Source of the DNA: Akkermansiaceae bacterium
GTDB lineage: Bacteria > Verrucomicrobiota > Verrucomicrobiia > Verrucomicrobiales > Akkermansiaceae
Reading direction: 5' to 3'
NCBI GenBank assembly: GCA_013001695.1
Contig: JABDMC010000201.1
Location: forward strand, 32,580 to 96,579
DNA length: 64,000 nt
The notes under the pieces: generated by a model
What the model saw: the letters and a program-made list of their open reading frames with translations, nothing else
The model's database searches: none
Told to the model about the DNA's origin: nothing
Made by a program: the position numbers and the translations under genes
Shown here: in pieces, positions 23,817 to 33,800 of the stretch
How positions within the stretch are numbered: position 1 is the first letter of the stretch
Layout of the letters: each line of letters starts with the position of its first letter

Positions 23817-25424
23817 ATGTTTCTCCTCACCTTCGGGGTCCTGGCGTTGCCGGAGGGGGTGCGGGCCATGTGGCCGCCGGTCCTGGCGCTGGTGGTGGTC
23901 TTCGCCACGCATCGCGCCGGCCTGGGCCTCTTCCTGGGAGGGCTGGCAGGATGCCTGCTGCTCGCGGGGGGCCATCCGCCCGGGGCGGCGGCCACGTGGT
24001 CCGCCGAACACCTGTGGCCCGCATTTTTTGGAACATGGACGCTTGCCGACGGCGCCGCCGCGCTGCCGGCAAAGTGGAACGCGTGGCATCTGGGCGCCCT
24101 GGTGTTCACCCTTCTCCTCGGCGCCTTCGCGGCGCTGCTGGAACGCGGCGGCGGGTTGCGGGTCCTCCTGCGCAGCGACGGGGACGGCCCCCTCGCCGCC
24201 ACCCAGCGGCGCTTTCTCACCAGCGTCTTCGGTCTCGGTCTCCTTTGCTTCTTCGACGGTCTGGCCAATGCGCTCATGGTGGGACGGGTCGCGCGGCCCA
24301 TCGCGGACCGCATCCGGATCCCGCGCGCCTTTCTCGCCTACCTCGTCGACACCACCAGCTCGGCGGTGGCCTGCGTGGCCTTCATTTCGACCTGGATCTC
24401 GGTGCAACTCACGCTCATCGCCGACGGGAGCGCCTCGCTCGGTCTCGACACCCCCGCCTACCTATTGTTCCTGCAGTCCATCCCGCGGAACTACTACTGC
24501 CTCTTCGCGTTGTTTCTCGCCTTCATCGCGGTGCGGCGGAACTGGCGGATCGGTCCGATGGCCCGACGCGAGGCGGCGCCTCCCGGGGAGGACGCGCCCG
24601 GGTCGGCGGACGCCCCGGGGCGCCTGTGGCGGGCCCTCGTGCCCCTCGTGGTGCTGGTCCTCGGCATTCCCCTTTTCTACTACTTCCTGCACCGCGGGGA
24701 GGGCGTTCCCCCACCCTTCCCGGTGACCGCCGCGAAGATCCAGGCCGCGCTCGGCAGCAACAGCGGCCCGGCGGCCTTCGTGACCGGCAGCCTCCTGGCG
24801 CTCCTCGCCGCCGCGGCCCTCTTTCCCCCGGCGCAGTGGCGTCTCGTCCCGCGCACCGCCCTGCGGGGCGCGGCGCAACTCCTCCCCGCCCTCGGGGTGC
24901 TGGTCCTGGCGTGGATCCTCGGAAGCGTCCTCGGCGCCCTCGGGACCGCCGGGCAGATCGCGAACATGCTGGGCAACGGCGTGCCGATCCGGGCCTTTCC
25001 CGCGGCGGTGTTCCTCTTCGGTTGCCTGACCTCCTTCGTGTCGGGAACCTCGTGGGGAACCATGGCCCTCCTGATGCCCCTCGCCCTTCCGACCCTCGGA
25101 CCGATGGCGGTGGCGCAGGATGCCCCGCCCGAAGTCGTGGCGCAGATCGCCCCGGCGGTGATCGCGGCGGTCTTCGGCGGCGCGGTCTTCGGGGACCATT
25201 GCAGCCCCTTCAGCGACACCACCATCGTGAGCGCCCTCGCCTGCGGCATCACCACCACCGAACACACCGTGACGCAGCTCCCCTACGCCCTCATCGCGGC
25301 GGGGACCGCCCTCGCGGCCGGCTTCCTAGCCGACGCCCTCGGCCTCAGCCATTGGCTTGCGCTGGGAGCCGGACTTCTTGTCCTCGCCGCCCTCGGCTGG
25401 CGGCGCGGGGGCCTCGGTCCCTGA
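23817..25424 (+). CDS. Na+/H+ antiporter NhaC-family membrane transporter
   Basis: Polytopic membrane protein. C-terminal signature ...FGGAVFGDHCSPFSDTTIVSALA. The start is uncertain: the track ORF starts at 23721, and I prefer ATG 23817 (MFLLTFGVLAL...). Confidence 0.65.
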   Translation: MFLLTFGVLALPEGVRAMWPPVLALVVVFATHRAGLGLFLGGLAGCLLLAGGHPPGAAATWSAEHLWPAFFGTWTLADGAAALPAKWNAWHLGALVFTLLLGAFAALLERGGGLRVLLRSDGDGPLAATQRRFLTSVFGLGLLCFFDGLANALMVGRVARPIADRIRIPRAFLAYLVDTTSSAVACVAFISTWISVQLTLIADGSASLGLDTPAYLLFLQSIPRNYYCLFALFLAFIAVRRNWRIGPMARREAAPPGEDAPGSADAPGRLWRALVPLVVLVLGIPLFYYFLHRGEGVPPPFPVTAAKIQAALGSNSGPAAFVTGSLLALLAAAALFPPAQWRLVPRTALRGAAQLLPALGVLVLAWILGSVLGALGTAGQIANMLGNGVPIRAFPAAVFLFGCLTSFVSGTSWGTMALLMPLALPTLGPMAVAQDAPPEVVAQIAPAVIAAVFGGAVFGDHCSPFSDTTIVSALACGITTTEHTVTQLPYALIAAGTALAAGFLADALGLSHWLALGAGLLVLAALGWRRGGLGP

Positions 25425-26264
25425 GAGGTCCGGCTTCTTGCCGTCGATCGTCACCTTCGACGGGTCCCAGCCGATCTTGGGGTACTTCATGTCGAGGGAC
25501 CGCAGGGTGTCGACCATGATGCGGGCCACGCACAGGTTGCGGTACCACTTGCGGTCCGCGGGAATGATGTACCACGGGGCGTGCTTCTGCGAGGTGCGCT
25601 CGATGAGGTCCTCGTAGGCCTCCATGAACTCGCCCCACAGGGCCCGGTCGGCGAGGTCATCCGGGTTGAACTTCCAGTGCTTGGCGGGGTTGACGAGGCG
25701 GGCCTCGAGCCGCCGCCGCTGCTCCTCCTTGGAGATGTGGAGGAAGAACTTCACGATGACGGTCCCCTCCTCGGCCAGCATGCGCTCGAAATCGAGGACG
25801 TGCTGGTAGCGGCGCTTCCAGACCTTCGGCTCGAAGATCTTCTTCACCCGGACCGCGATGATGTCCTCGTAGTGGCTGCGGTTGAAGACCGTGATGTGCC
25901 CGTTGCGCGGGACCTGCTGGTGCACGCGCCACAGGAAATCGCGGGACATCTCCGCCTCGGTCGGCTTCTTGAAGGACTTCACGTTGATCCCCTGCGGGTC
26001 GACCCGGGAAAAGACGCTCTTCACGCAGCCGTCCTTGCCCCCGGTATCCATGGCCTGGATGACCACCAGCACCCGCCGCTTGTTCTCCGCGTAGAGGACC
26101 TTCTGGAGCAGCTGCAGTTCCTGGCGCAGTTCGTCGAAGTAGGGCAGGTGCTCGGCCTTCCCGCCGTGCTGGAAAAGCTCCTTCTCATTCTGGTCGATCT
26201 CGTCGAGGCGGACCTTGCTTCCTTCCTTGACGAGATATCGCTCCAATGCACCACGAACCGGCAT
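25326..26264 (-). CDS. ppk2: polyphosphate kinase 2 family (polyphosphate:nucleotide phosphotransferase)
   Basis: VLVVIQAMDTGGKDG (Walker A-like), FNRSHYED and WYIIPADRKWYRN are PPK2 hallmarks. ATG at 26264 (a GTG at 26270 is also possible). The disordered C-terminal tail overlaps the nhaC-like 3' end. Confidence 0.85.
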   Translation of the reverse strand: MPVRGALERYLVKEGSKVRLDEIDQNEKELFQHGGKAEHLPYFDELRQELQLLQKVLYAENKRRVLVVIQAMDTGGKDGCVKSVFSRVDPQGINVKSFKKPTEAEMSRDFLWRVHQQVPRNGHITVFNRSHYEDIIAVRVKKIFEPKVWKRRYQHVLDFERMLAEEGTVIVKFFLHISKEEQRRRLEARLVNPAKHWKFNPDDLADRALWGEFMEAYEDLIERTSQKHAPWYIIPADRKWYRNLCVARIMVDTLRSLDMKYPKIGWDPSKVTIDGKKPDLSGTEAPAPPAEGGEDKKSGSQRKPMAEAEGVG

Positions 26265-26403
26265 GGGCACCTAACTAGCACGCTGGAGGGCGGTGACAAG
26301 TCCGCAGAAGCCAGCTTCTCCTTGCCGCTCCGGCGCACCTCCCCTTAGATTCAGCCCGCCCGGGGGGGGATCCTGCGGGCCGCAGGCATTTGTTAGACCA
26401 CGC

Positions 26404-27945
26404 ATGGACGCCGCCCCGACCTCCCCAGACCTCAGCGCCACGATCCACATCGGGGCGAGCTCGGTGTCGATGCTGGTCACCAACGCGGGGAGCGAGGAGT
26501 CGGCGCCCCCCCTCGAGTTCCTCGAACAGCCGCTCCCGCTGGCCCGGGACATCTTCCGCCGCGGCAAGGTGCAGCGCTCCACCACGGAGCGCACCGTGCA
26601 GATCCTCAACGGCTACCTCGACACCCTGAAGGAGCTGGGCGTCGGGCCGGAGGTGGTGGCGCGCGCCGTCACGACCAACATCCTCTCCGAGGCCAGCAAC
26701 AGCGAGGTGTTCCTGAACCGGCTCTACATCGCCTGCGGGCTCCGCGCCGAGGTCCTCGACGACGGCGAGATGACCCGCCTCATCTACCTGAAGACGCGCC
26801 GGCGGCTCCGGGACACGCCGTCGATGAAGAAGCGCACCACCCTCGTGGTCCACGTGGGCCCGGGGAACACGCGGGCCCTCCTCTTCAAGAAGGGACGCAT
26901 CGTGCGCTACACCAGCTACCGCCTCGGCACCTACCGGACGGCGGAGGCCCTCGAAACGGCCAGCGCCGAAGGCGCCGTGCTGGTGCGCGTCCTCCGGGAA
27001 CACATCCGCGGACAAATCAACCAGCTCCAGTACGAGTTCCGCGACGAGACCATCGAGGACCTGGTGGTGATCGGCTACGAGATCCAGCTACTCGCGCCCT
27101 TCCTGACGAAGGCCGGCGACACGAAGCTCTCCGCGAAGAGCCTGCGGTCGCTGGCGGCCGAGGCCGCGGCGCTCACCGAGGATGAGCGCGTGCGCCGCTA
27201 CCAGCTGGATTACCACACCGCGGAGGGCGTCCTGCCGGCGCTCGAGATCAACCTCGCGGTGGCCGAGGCCTTCGCCCTGAAGACCCTCCGGATCCCGGGG
27301 AGCGACTACGAGCGCGGCCTCCTGCACGACCTGCCGGTCTCCACCTCGCTGACGGCCCGGTTCCAGGCGGAGGTCGTGCGGTCCGCCAAGATCCTGGCGC
27401 GCAAATACCAGGCCGACGACCGGCACGGCCGGCACGTGGCCTTCCTGTCGAAGCGGCTCTTCGACGAAACCCAGGACCTGCACGAGCTGGCGACGCACGA
27501 CGCCCTCCTGCTGGACGTGGCCGCCACCCTCCACGAGACCGGCGGCTACATCTCGCCGAAGGCGCACCACAAGCACTCCCAGTACATCGTGCAGAACAGC
27601 GAGATCTTCGGGCTCGGCCGGCTCGACATCCAGATCGTGGCGCTGGTGGCCCGCTACCACCGCCAGTCGGGACCGCGGACCACGCACCCGGCCTACCGGG
27701 CCCTCGACACGGTCGACCGCATCCGGGTCGCGAAGCTCGCCTCGCTTCTGCGGGTCGCGGACGCCCTTGAACGGACCCATTCGCAGCGGGTCCGCGACAT
27801 CGAGGTGCGCGTCACCGGGGAGCGCATCTACCTGACGCTGGTGGGGGTCTCCGATGCCGCCGTGGAGCGTCTCGCCATGCAGTCGAAGGGCACCACCTTC
27901 GAGGAAACCTTTGGCCTCGCCATCATCCTGAAAGATCAGGCCTGA
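26404..27945 (+). CDS. ppx: exopolyphosphatase / guanosine pentaphosphate phosphohydrolase family (Ppx/GppA)
   Basis: From ATG 26404: MDAAPTSPDLSATIHIGASSVSMLV... (ASKHA-fold N-terminus), then ...VVHVGPGNTRALLF.... C-terminal HD-like region ...LHETGGYISPKAHHKHSQYIV. Confidence 0.8.
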   Translation: MDAAPTSPDLSATIHIGASSVSMLVTNAGSEESAPPLEFLEQPLPLARDIFRRGKVQRSTTERTVQILNGYLDTLKELGVGPEVVARAVTTNILSEASNSEVFLNRLYIACGLRAEVLDDGEMTRLIYLKTRRRLRDTPSMKKRTTLVVHVGPGNTRALLFKKGRIVRYTSYRLGTYRTAEALETASAEGAVLVRVLREHIRGQINQLQYEFRDETIEDLVVIGYEIQLLAPFLTKAGDTKLSAKSLRSLAAEAAALTEDERVRRYQLDYHTAEGVLPALEINLAVAEAFALKTLRIPGSDYERGLLHDLPVSTSLTARFQAEVVRSAKILARKYQADDRHGRHVAFLSKRLFDETQDLHELATHDALLLDVAATLHETGGYISPKAHHKHSQYIVQNSEIFGLGRLDIQIVALVARYHRQSGPRTTHPAYRALDTVDRIRVAKLASLLRVADALERTHSQRVRDIEVRVTGERIYLTLVGVSDAAVERLAMQSKGTTFEETFGLAIILKDQA

Positions 27946-28004
27946 AGATCCCCGGATCAGAAAACCCGCCGGTCACCGCCATCCCGCGCCCATCCCCCGC
28001 ATCC

Positions 28005-30095
28005 ATGCCCTACATCAACCGAGAACTCTCCTGGCTGGAATTCAACCAACGCGTGTTGGAGGAGGCCCAGCGCGACGACAACCCGCTCCTCGAACGACTC
28101 AAGTTCCTCGCGATCACCGGGTCCAACCTCGACGAGTTCTTCCAGGTGCGGGTGGGCGGCCTCGCCATCCTGCGCCACTCCGGCTCGCGCACCCCGGACA
28201 TCGCGGGTCTCACCCCCACGAAGCAGATCGGGCTCATCCGGGAACGGGCCCTGCGCATGATGACCGATCAATACGCCCTGCTGAACGAGACCCTCCTCCC
28301 GGCCCTGCGCGCCAAGGGGGTGCACATCCTGAGCCTCGAGGAACTGACCCCCGACCAGCGGGACCAGGCCGACGCCTACTTCGCCCGCCTCGTCCTTCCG
28401 CTCCTGACCCCCTTCGCCCACGACCCGGAGGATCCGGCCCTGCTGCTGCCGGCCCTGGAAATCACCGTGGCGTGCCGCCTCGAGAACCCGGCGGAAGGGA
28501 CGACCCGTTACGCCTTCGTGCCGATTCCCGGCAGCCTTCCGCGGTTCGTTTCGGTGAGCACCGGCGAGGGGGAGAGCTTCGTCTACATCGAGGATCTCGT
28601 CCGGGCCCTCGTGGCGGAGATCTTCCCGGGCGAGACCGTGACGGCCTCCTCGTCGTTCCGGATCACCCGCAATTCCGACATCGCGGTCCGGGAGGAGGAC
28701 GCCATCGACCTCGCGGGGGAGATGGAGGAGGTCCTCGCGGCGCGGCGCTTCTCCGACACGGTCCGGCTCCAAGTGGCGCACGGGACGCCCCGGGACCTCC
28801 TCCGGGTCATGCAGGCCGCCACCGGATCGAAGGCCGGGGAACTCTACAATGTGCCGGGGCCGCTGGCGCTGGCGGATTTCATGCAGGTCGCCATGTTGCC
28901 GGGGCAGGACCGTCTGCGGGACGCCCCCTGGCCGCCCCAGCCGTCGCCGCTGGTGGAGCCCGGGACGTCCATGTTCGAGCTCATCCGCAACAACGACATC
29001 CTCCTGGTGCACCCGTTCGAATCGTTCGAACCGGTGCTGCGGTTCCTCGAGGAGGCCGCCGGCGACCCGGATGTCCTGGCCATCAAGCAGGTTCTTTACC
29101 GCACCGCGAGCCGCTCCCGGGTCATCGAGGCGCTCATCAAGGCCGCCGAGAACGGCAAGCAGGTGACCGTCCTGGTGGAGTTGAAGGCCCGCTTCGACGA
29201 GGAACGCAACCTCGACCGCGCCGACGCCCTGCAGCGGGCCGGGGCCAACATCATCTACGGGGTCAAGGGGCTCAAGACCCACGCCAAGGTGCTCCTCATC
29301 ACGCGGCGCGAGGAGAACGGCCTCCGGCGCTACGCCCACCTCGGCACCGGGAACTACAACGAGACCACCGCGCAGTTTTACACCGACATCTCCTACCTGA
29401 CGGCCCGCCCCGATTACGGCGCGGATCTTTCCCTGATCTTCAACGCGGTCACCGGGCGGTCGAAGCTCCTGCGCCTCCAGAAGCTCTCCCCCGCCCCGAC
29501 CCACATGAAGCGGCGCCTCCTCGAATTGATCGCCGCGGAAACCGCCCGCGCCCGGCAGGGCGAGCCGGCCCGCATCATCGCCAAGATGAACTCCCTGCAG
29601 GACCAGGAGATGATCGATGCCCTCTTTAAGGCGTCGCAGGCGGGCGTCGAGGTCAAGCTCAACATCCGCGGGATCTGCTGCCTCTGTCCCGGGAGCGGCA
29701 AGGGGGCCCGCAACATCCGCATCGTCTCGGTCATCGACCGCTTTCTCGAGCACGCGCGCATCTTTTATTTTCATCGCGGCGGCGATGCCGAGATCCTCAT
29801 CTCGTCGGCCGACTGGATGACACGCAACCTCGAGAAGCGGGTGGAACTCATGGTGCCCATCGAGGACAAGCCCTCGAGGCGGCGGCTGGTGCGGATCCTC
29901 GAGACCGCCTTCAAGGACAACACCAACTCCTTCGAGATCCTGAAGGACGGCACCTCCCGGCGCCTCGAACGCCCCAAGGGCCAGAAGCGGCTCCGCATGC
30001 AGGAGGTCCTCTACCAGAATGCGGTGGAGGCCGCCAAGGCGCGGGAGAATGAACGGGCCGCCACCTTCGAGCCCCACCGCCCGCCCGAGGATTGA
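28005..30095 (+). CDS. ppk: polyphosphate kinase 1
   Basis: 696 aa. MPYINRELSWLEFNQRVLEEAQ...PLLERLKFLAITGSNLDEFFQVRV and two PLD-like HKD regions (...KTHAKVLLI..., ...FLEHARIFYF). Confidence 0.93.
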   Translation: MPYINRELSWLEFNQRVLEEAQRDDNPLLERLKFLAITGSNLDEFFQVRVGGLAILRHSGSRTPDIAGLTPTKQIGLIRERALRMMTDQYALLNETLLPALRAKGVHILSLEELTPDQRDQADAYFARLVLPLLTPFAHDPEDPALLLPALEITVACRLENPAEGTTRYAFVPIPGSLPRFVSVSTGEGESFVYIEDLVRALVAEIFPGETVTASSSFRITRNSDIAVREEDAIDLAGEMEEVLAARRFSDTVRLQVAHGTPRDLLRVMQAATGSKAGELYNVPGPLALADFMQVAMLPGQDRLRDAPWPPQPSPLVEPGTSMFELIRNNDILLVHPFESFEPVLRFLEEAAGDPDVLAIKQVLYRTASRSRVIEALIKAAENGKQVTVLVELKARFDEERNLDRADALQRAGANIIYGVKGLKTHAKVLLITRREENGLRRYAHLGTGNYNETTAQFYTDISYLTARPDYGADLSLIFNAVTGRSKLLRLQKLSPAPTHMKRRLLELIAAETARARQGEPARIIAKMNSLQDQEMIDALFKASQAGVEVKLNIRGICCLCPGSGKGARNIRIVSVIDRFLEHARIFYFHRGGDAEILISSADWMTRNLEKRVELMVPIEDKPSRRRLVRILETAFKDNTNSFEILKDGTSRRLERPKGQKRLRMQEVLYQNAVEAAKARENERAATFEPHRPPED

Positions 30096-30267
30096 GCGCC
30101 GCCCGTCCCCCGGGGCGTCCGGGGTCCGGAAGCGCGGGACGAAGGCCGGGGATCCCGATTCTCGCCTTGCGTCTGGCGGGATTGAGGCCACACTCCCCAC
30201 CCGCACCGGGGGTCCGGGCCACGGGGTCGATTCACGGCCGCCTCCTGCCCACCGCCCCCCCGCACAT

Positions 30268-30339
30268 GGGCCTATAGTTCAACGGATAGAACGACGGTTT
30301 CCGGAACCGTAGATCGGGGTTCGATTCCCTGTGGGCCTA
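30268..30339 (+). tRNA. tRNA-Arg (anticodon CCG), CCA not encoded
   Basis: GGGCCTA TA GTTC AACGGATA GAAC G ACGGT TTCCGGA ACCGT AGAT CGGGG TTCGATT CCCTG TGGGCCT A. The cloverleaf closes with a few G-U pairs. 72 nt. Confidence 0.85.
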
Positions 30340-30884
30340 CTTCCCCGAGGAGCGGCCGGCCTTCCTGGATTTCAGGGGCTTGCCTTGATGCACTCCGCCC
30401 CGCGGCGACGAGGTCCGGCGCTTCCCCATGCGGATGCCGCCCCGGGCGCCGTGGGTGTTGCCCGCGGCGTGAAGGTCGTCAGCCCGCTTCAACCAAGGCC
30501 GTCGAGAGTGATACCGGTCCCGTGGCCGCGGGAGTGATTCCACAGGCGGGACGCCAGTAGCGTCCGGCACGACCCGTGCTGTGGGCGACGCCGGAACGCG
30601 CAAAGAAGCCTGAAGGGCTTCCGAACCTCAGCCCCGGGTTGGGACAACCCGGGGACCTTGCATCGATGAGAAGACCCAACCGCAATGCGGTTGTGGAGGC
30701 CGGATGGTGTAAGAGGGGGGCGGCGGGGAAACCTCCCCAACACCTTTGGCGTTGGATCTCGCCCCGGTCAACGAATCCCAGGGTTGGTTCCAGCCCTGGG
30801 CTATTTGACTGAATCCCGTTGGGATTCAGCATTTCACATGCCGAACACTATTGGCGGGACGCCGGTGTCACACTCCTACGTCCC
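30340..30884. other. non-coding, hairpin-dense segment (candidate structured RNA or REP/MITE-like repeat cluster)
   Basis: At least 8 perfect or near-perfect GC-rich hairpins. GGACGC-cagta-GCGTCC at 30549-30565. GAAGCC-tgaag-GGCTTC at 30605-30621. CCCCGGGTTG-gga-CAACCCGGGG at 30632-30654. CAACCGC-aat-GCGGTTG at 30677-30693. GGGG-aaacct-CCCC at 30725-30738. CCAACACC-ttt-GGCGTTGG at 30737-30755. CCCAGGG-n10-CCCTGGG at 30777-30800. CTGAATCCC-gtt-GGGATTCAG at 30809-30829. The ORFs in the track here look random. Confidence 0.5.
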
Positions 30885-33800
30885 CTACCCGTCCTTCCCG
30901 GGCTCGGGCTGGAGGGGGGCGGAGGGGGTCCGGGGGGCGGACACATGGCGGCCGAAGAGCCACGCCACGGCCTTCTTGAAGTCCTCGAGCATGACGTACA
31001 CCGAGGGCACCAGGATGAGGGTGATGGTGGTGGCGAAGAGGATGCCGAAGCCGAGCGAGATGGCCATCGGGATGAGGAAGCGGGCCTGCATGTCGGTCTC
31101 CAGCAACATCGGCATCAGCCCCGCGAAGGTCGTCAGGGACGTCAGGAGAATGGCCCGGAAGCGCACCCCGCCGGCGCGGGTGGCGGCCTCGATGACGCTC
31201 TTCGACTCCCCCCGGTGCCGGTTGACGTAGTCGACGAGCACGAGGCTGTCGTTCACCACCACCCCGGCGAGGGCCACGATCCCGCACATCGACATGATGC
31301 TGAGTTCGGTCCGCATGAGGACGTGCCCGAGGACGGCCCCGACGATGCCGAAGGGGATGACCGACATGATGATGGCCGGTTGCAGGTAGGATTTCAGCGG
31401 AATGGCCATGAGGACGTACATCGCGACGAGCGCGAAGAGAAAGCCGATCCCGATCTCCTTCACGCTGCTGGCCTGGTCCTGCTGCTCGCCTTCGAAGGAG
31501 AACTGCACGCCGGGGAACCGGCGTGGCAGTTCCGCGAGGGCCTCGTTCCTGAACCGGCCCATCACGGCGTTGGCGTTGTTCTTGGTCTTGTCGACATCGC
31601 CGGTGATGCGGATGGCGCGCTTGCGGTCGACCCGCTGGATGGTGTCCGGCCCGCGGCCTTCCTCGACGACCACGACCTGCGGGAGCGGGACCTCCGCCCC
31701 GCCGGGGGTGCGGAGCTTCATCTGCTCGAAGTTCTCGATCGACTGGCGTTCCTCCTCCGGGTAGCGGACCATCACCTTGACCTCGTCGCGGCCGCGCTGG
31801 AGGCGCTGGGCCTCGTCCCCGTAAAACGAGCGGCGGACCTGGGAGGCGACGTCGCCGAGGCGCAGGCCCAGCGCGCGGCCGGCGGGGGTGAGTTCCCCGA
31901 AGCGCAACTCCCGCTTCCCGGGCCGGTCGCTGTCGGCGAGATCGATGACGCCGGTGTAGGTCTGCAGCTCGCTCTTGAGGAACTCGCCGGCGCCGCGCAA
32001 CTCCTCGAGGTCCTTCCCGGTGACGAGGAGATCGATGGCGTTTCCGCCGCCGGCGCCCTGGGCCACGAAGGTCAGTTCCACCGCCCCGGGGATCCCGCCC
32101 CGGTCGTCGACCGCCTGGCGCCATTCCCGCACGAGGGCTTCCGCGGAGATGTCCCGGTTCGCGGAGGGCCGCAATTCCACCGTCACTTCCCCGATGTTGC
32201 TGGCGGTGGGGGGCCCCTCGGGCGCGAAGGCGGTGATCAGGGGTTGGGTCCCGCGGCTCGCCAGCATGTGCACCACCACCGAGTTGCCGTCGACGTCCTC
32301 GTGCCTCGCGGCGAGTTTCATGGCCTCCTCTTCGAGCTTGGCCACCGCCCGCTGCGTCGCCTCGAAGGGAACCCCGCGCGGCAATTCGAACTTCGCCACC
32401 AGCAGGTCGGCCTCCACCTCCGGGAAGAACTGGCTCTTGATGTACCCCCCGCCGACGATCCCCATGACGATGCAGAGCAGCGCGATGAAGGCGGCCGCCA
32501 CGAAGTAGCGGAAGCGGAGGCACTTCTGCAGGAAGGGCGCGTAGACCTTCAGGACGAAGCTTTCCAGCCCATACGACACCCACCGCTGGAAGCGGCCGAA
32601 GATCCACACCTTGCGGTGCGGGTCGCTGGCCTTCAGGAGGGCGAGGTGGGCCGGCAGGACGAGCTTCGACTGCAGCAGCGAGAAGAACAGCACCGGGATC
32701 ACGATCAGCGGGATGTTCGGCCAGATCTTGCCGCTGACCCCGCTCAACCCGAGCATGGGGGTGAAGGCCACCATGGTGGTGATGATGCCGAAGATGACCA
32801 CCACCCCGACCTCGTGGGTGCCCCGCCACGAGGCCTCCTTGGGGTCCTCCCCCATCCGCATGCGCCGGTAGACGTTCTCCCCGACCACGATGGCGTCGTC
32901 GACCACGATCCCGAGCACGAGGATGAAGGCGAAGAGCGAGATCATGTTGATCGAGATGCCCATCTGCGGCATGAGCCAGATGCCGCCCGCAAAGGACACC
33001 GGGATGCCCAGCGCCACCAGGAAGGCGAGGCTCGGCCGCAGGAAGAGCGCCAGCACCCCGAAGACCAGCAGCAGACCGAGCAAGCCGTTGCGCTTCAGGA
33101 GGTCGAGGCGCCCCCGCAGGAAGCTGCTCTGGTCGTTCCAGATTTCGATGCCGATGCCCTCCGGCAACTGGGATCGGGTCTGCTGGAGGTACTCGCGCAC
33201 CGCATCGGCGATGCGCAGGGTGTCCTGGTTGCCGACGCGATAGACGTTCACGATCATGGCGTTGGCGCCGTCGAAGGTCGTCTCGAGATCGATGTCCTCG
33301 AACCCGTCGACAATCGTGGCGATCTCGCCGAGGGTGACGACCGACCCGTCGGGACGGGTCAGGACCACGACGTTCTCGAAGGCCTTCGCATCGTAGCGCT
33401 TGCCGACCGCCCGGATGACCACGTCGCCGGCGGCGGTCTTGACGGTGCCGGCCGGCAGGTCCAGCGACGAGCGGCGCACCGCATCCGCGACCTGCGCGAG
33501 CGTCAGGCGGTGGCGGCGCAGGGTCTTTTCGGGAATCTCGATGGAAATCTCGTAGGGGCGCACGCCCGCGAGTTGCACCTTGGTGATCTCGGCCTCGCCC
33601 TGGATGAAGCGCAGGATCGAGTCGGTCACGAAGCGGAGCGGCCCGAGGAGCCCTCCCTCGTAGTACACCGGGGCGGGCTTGAAGACGAGGAGGCCGTCGC
33701 GCACGTCCTCGGCGACCTGCCGCAAAGTGGCCTCGTCGGTGTCGCCGTACACCGCGATGCTGAGGACCTGGCTGGTGATGAGGAGCTCCTCGAGGACCGG

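Noticed and set aside
30340-30884. tmRNA, RNase P RNA, SRP RNA or a protein-coding gene (for example the 88-aa basic ORF 30337..30603 on the minus strand)
   Set aside because: I could not find the conserved cores on either strand: the tRNA-like ends and tag ORF of tmRNA, the GGAAAGTCCGG / ACAGAA-type blocks of RNase P, or the SRP domain IV motif. The ORFs have random-looking composition and overlap the hairpins.
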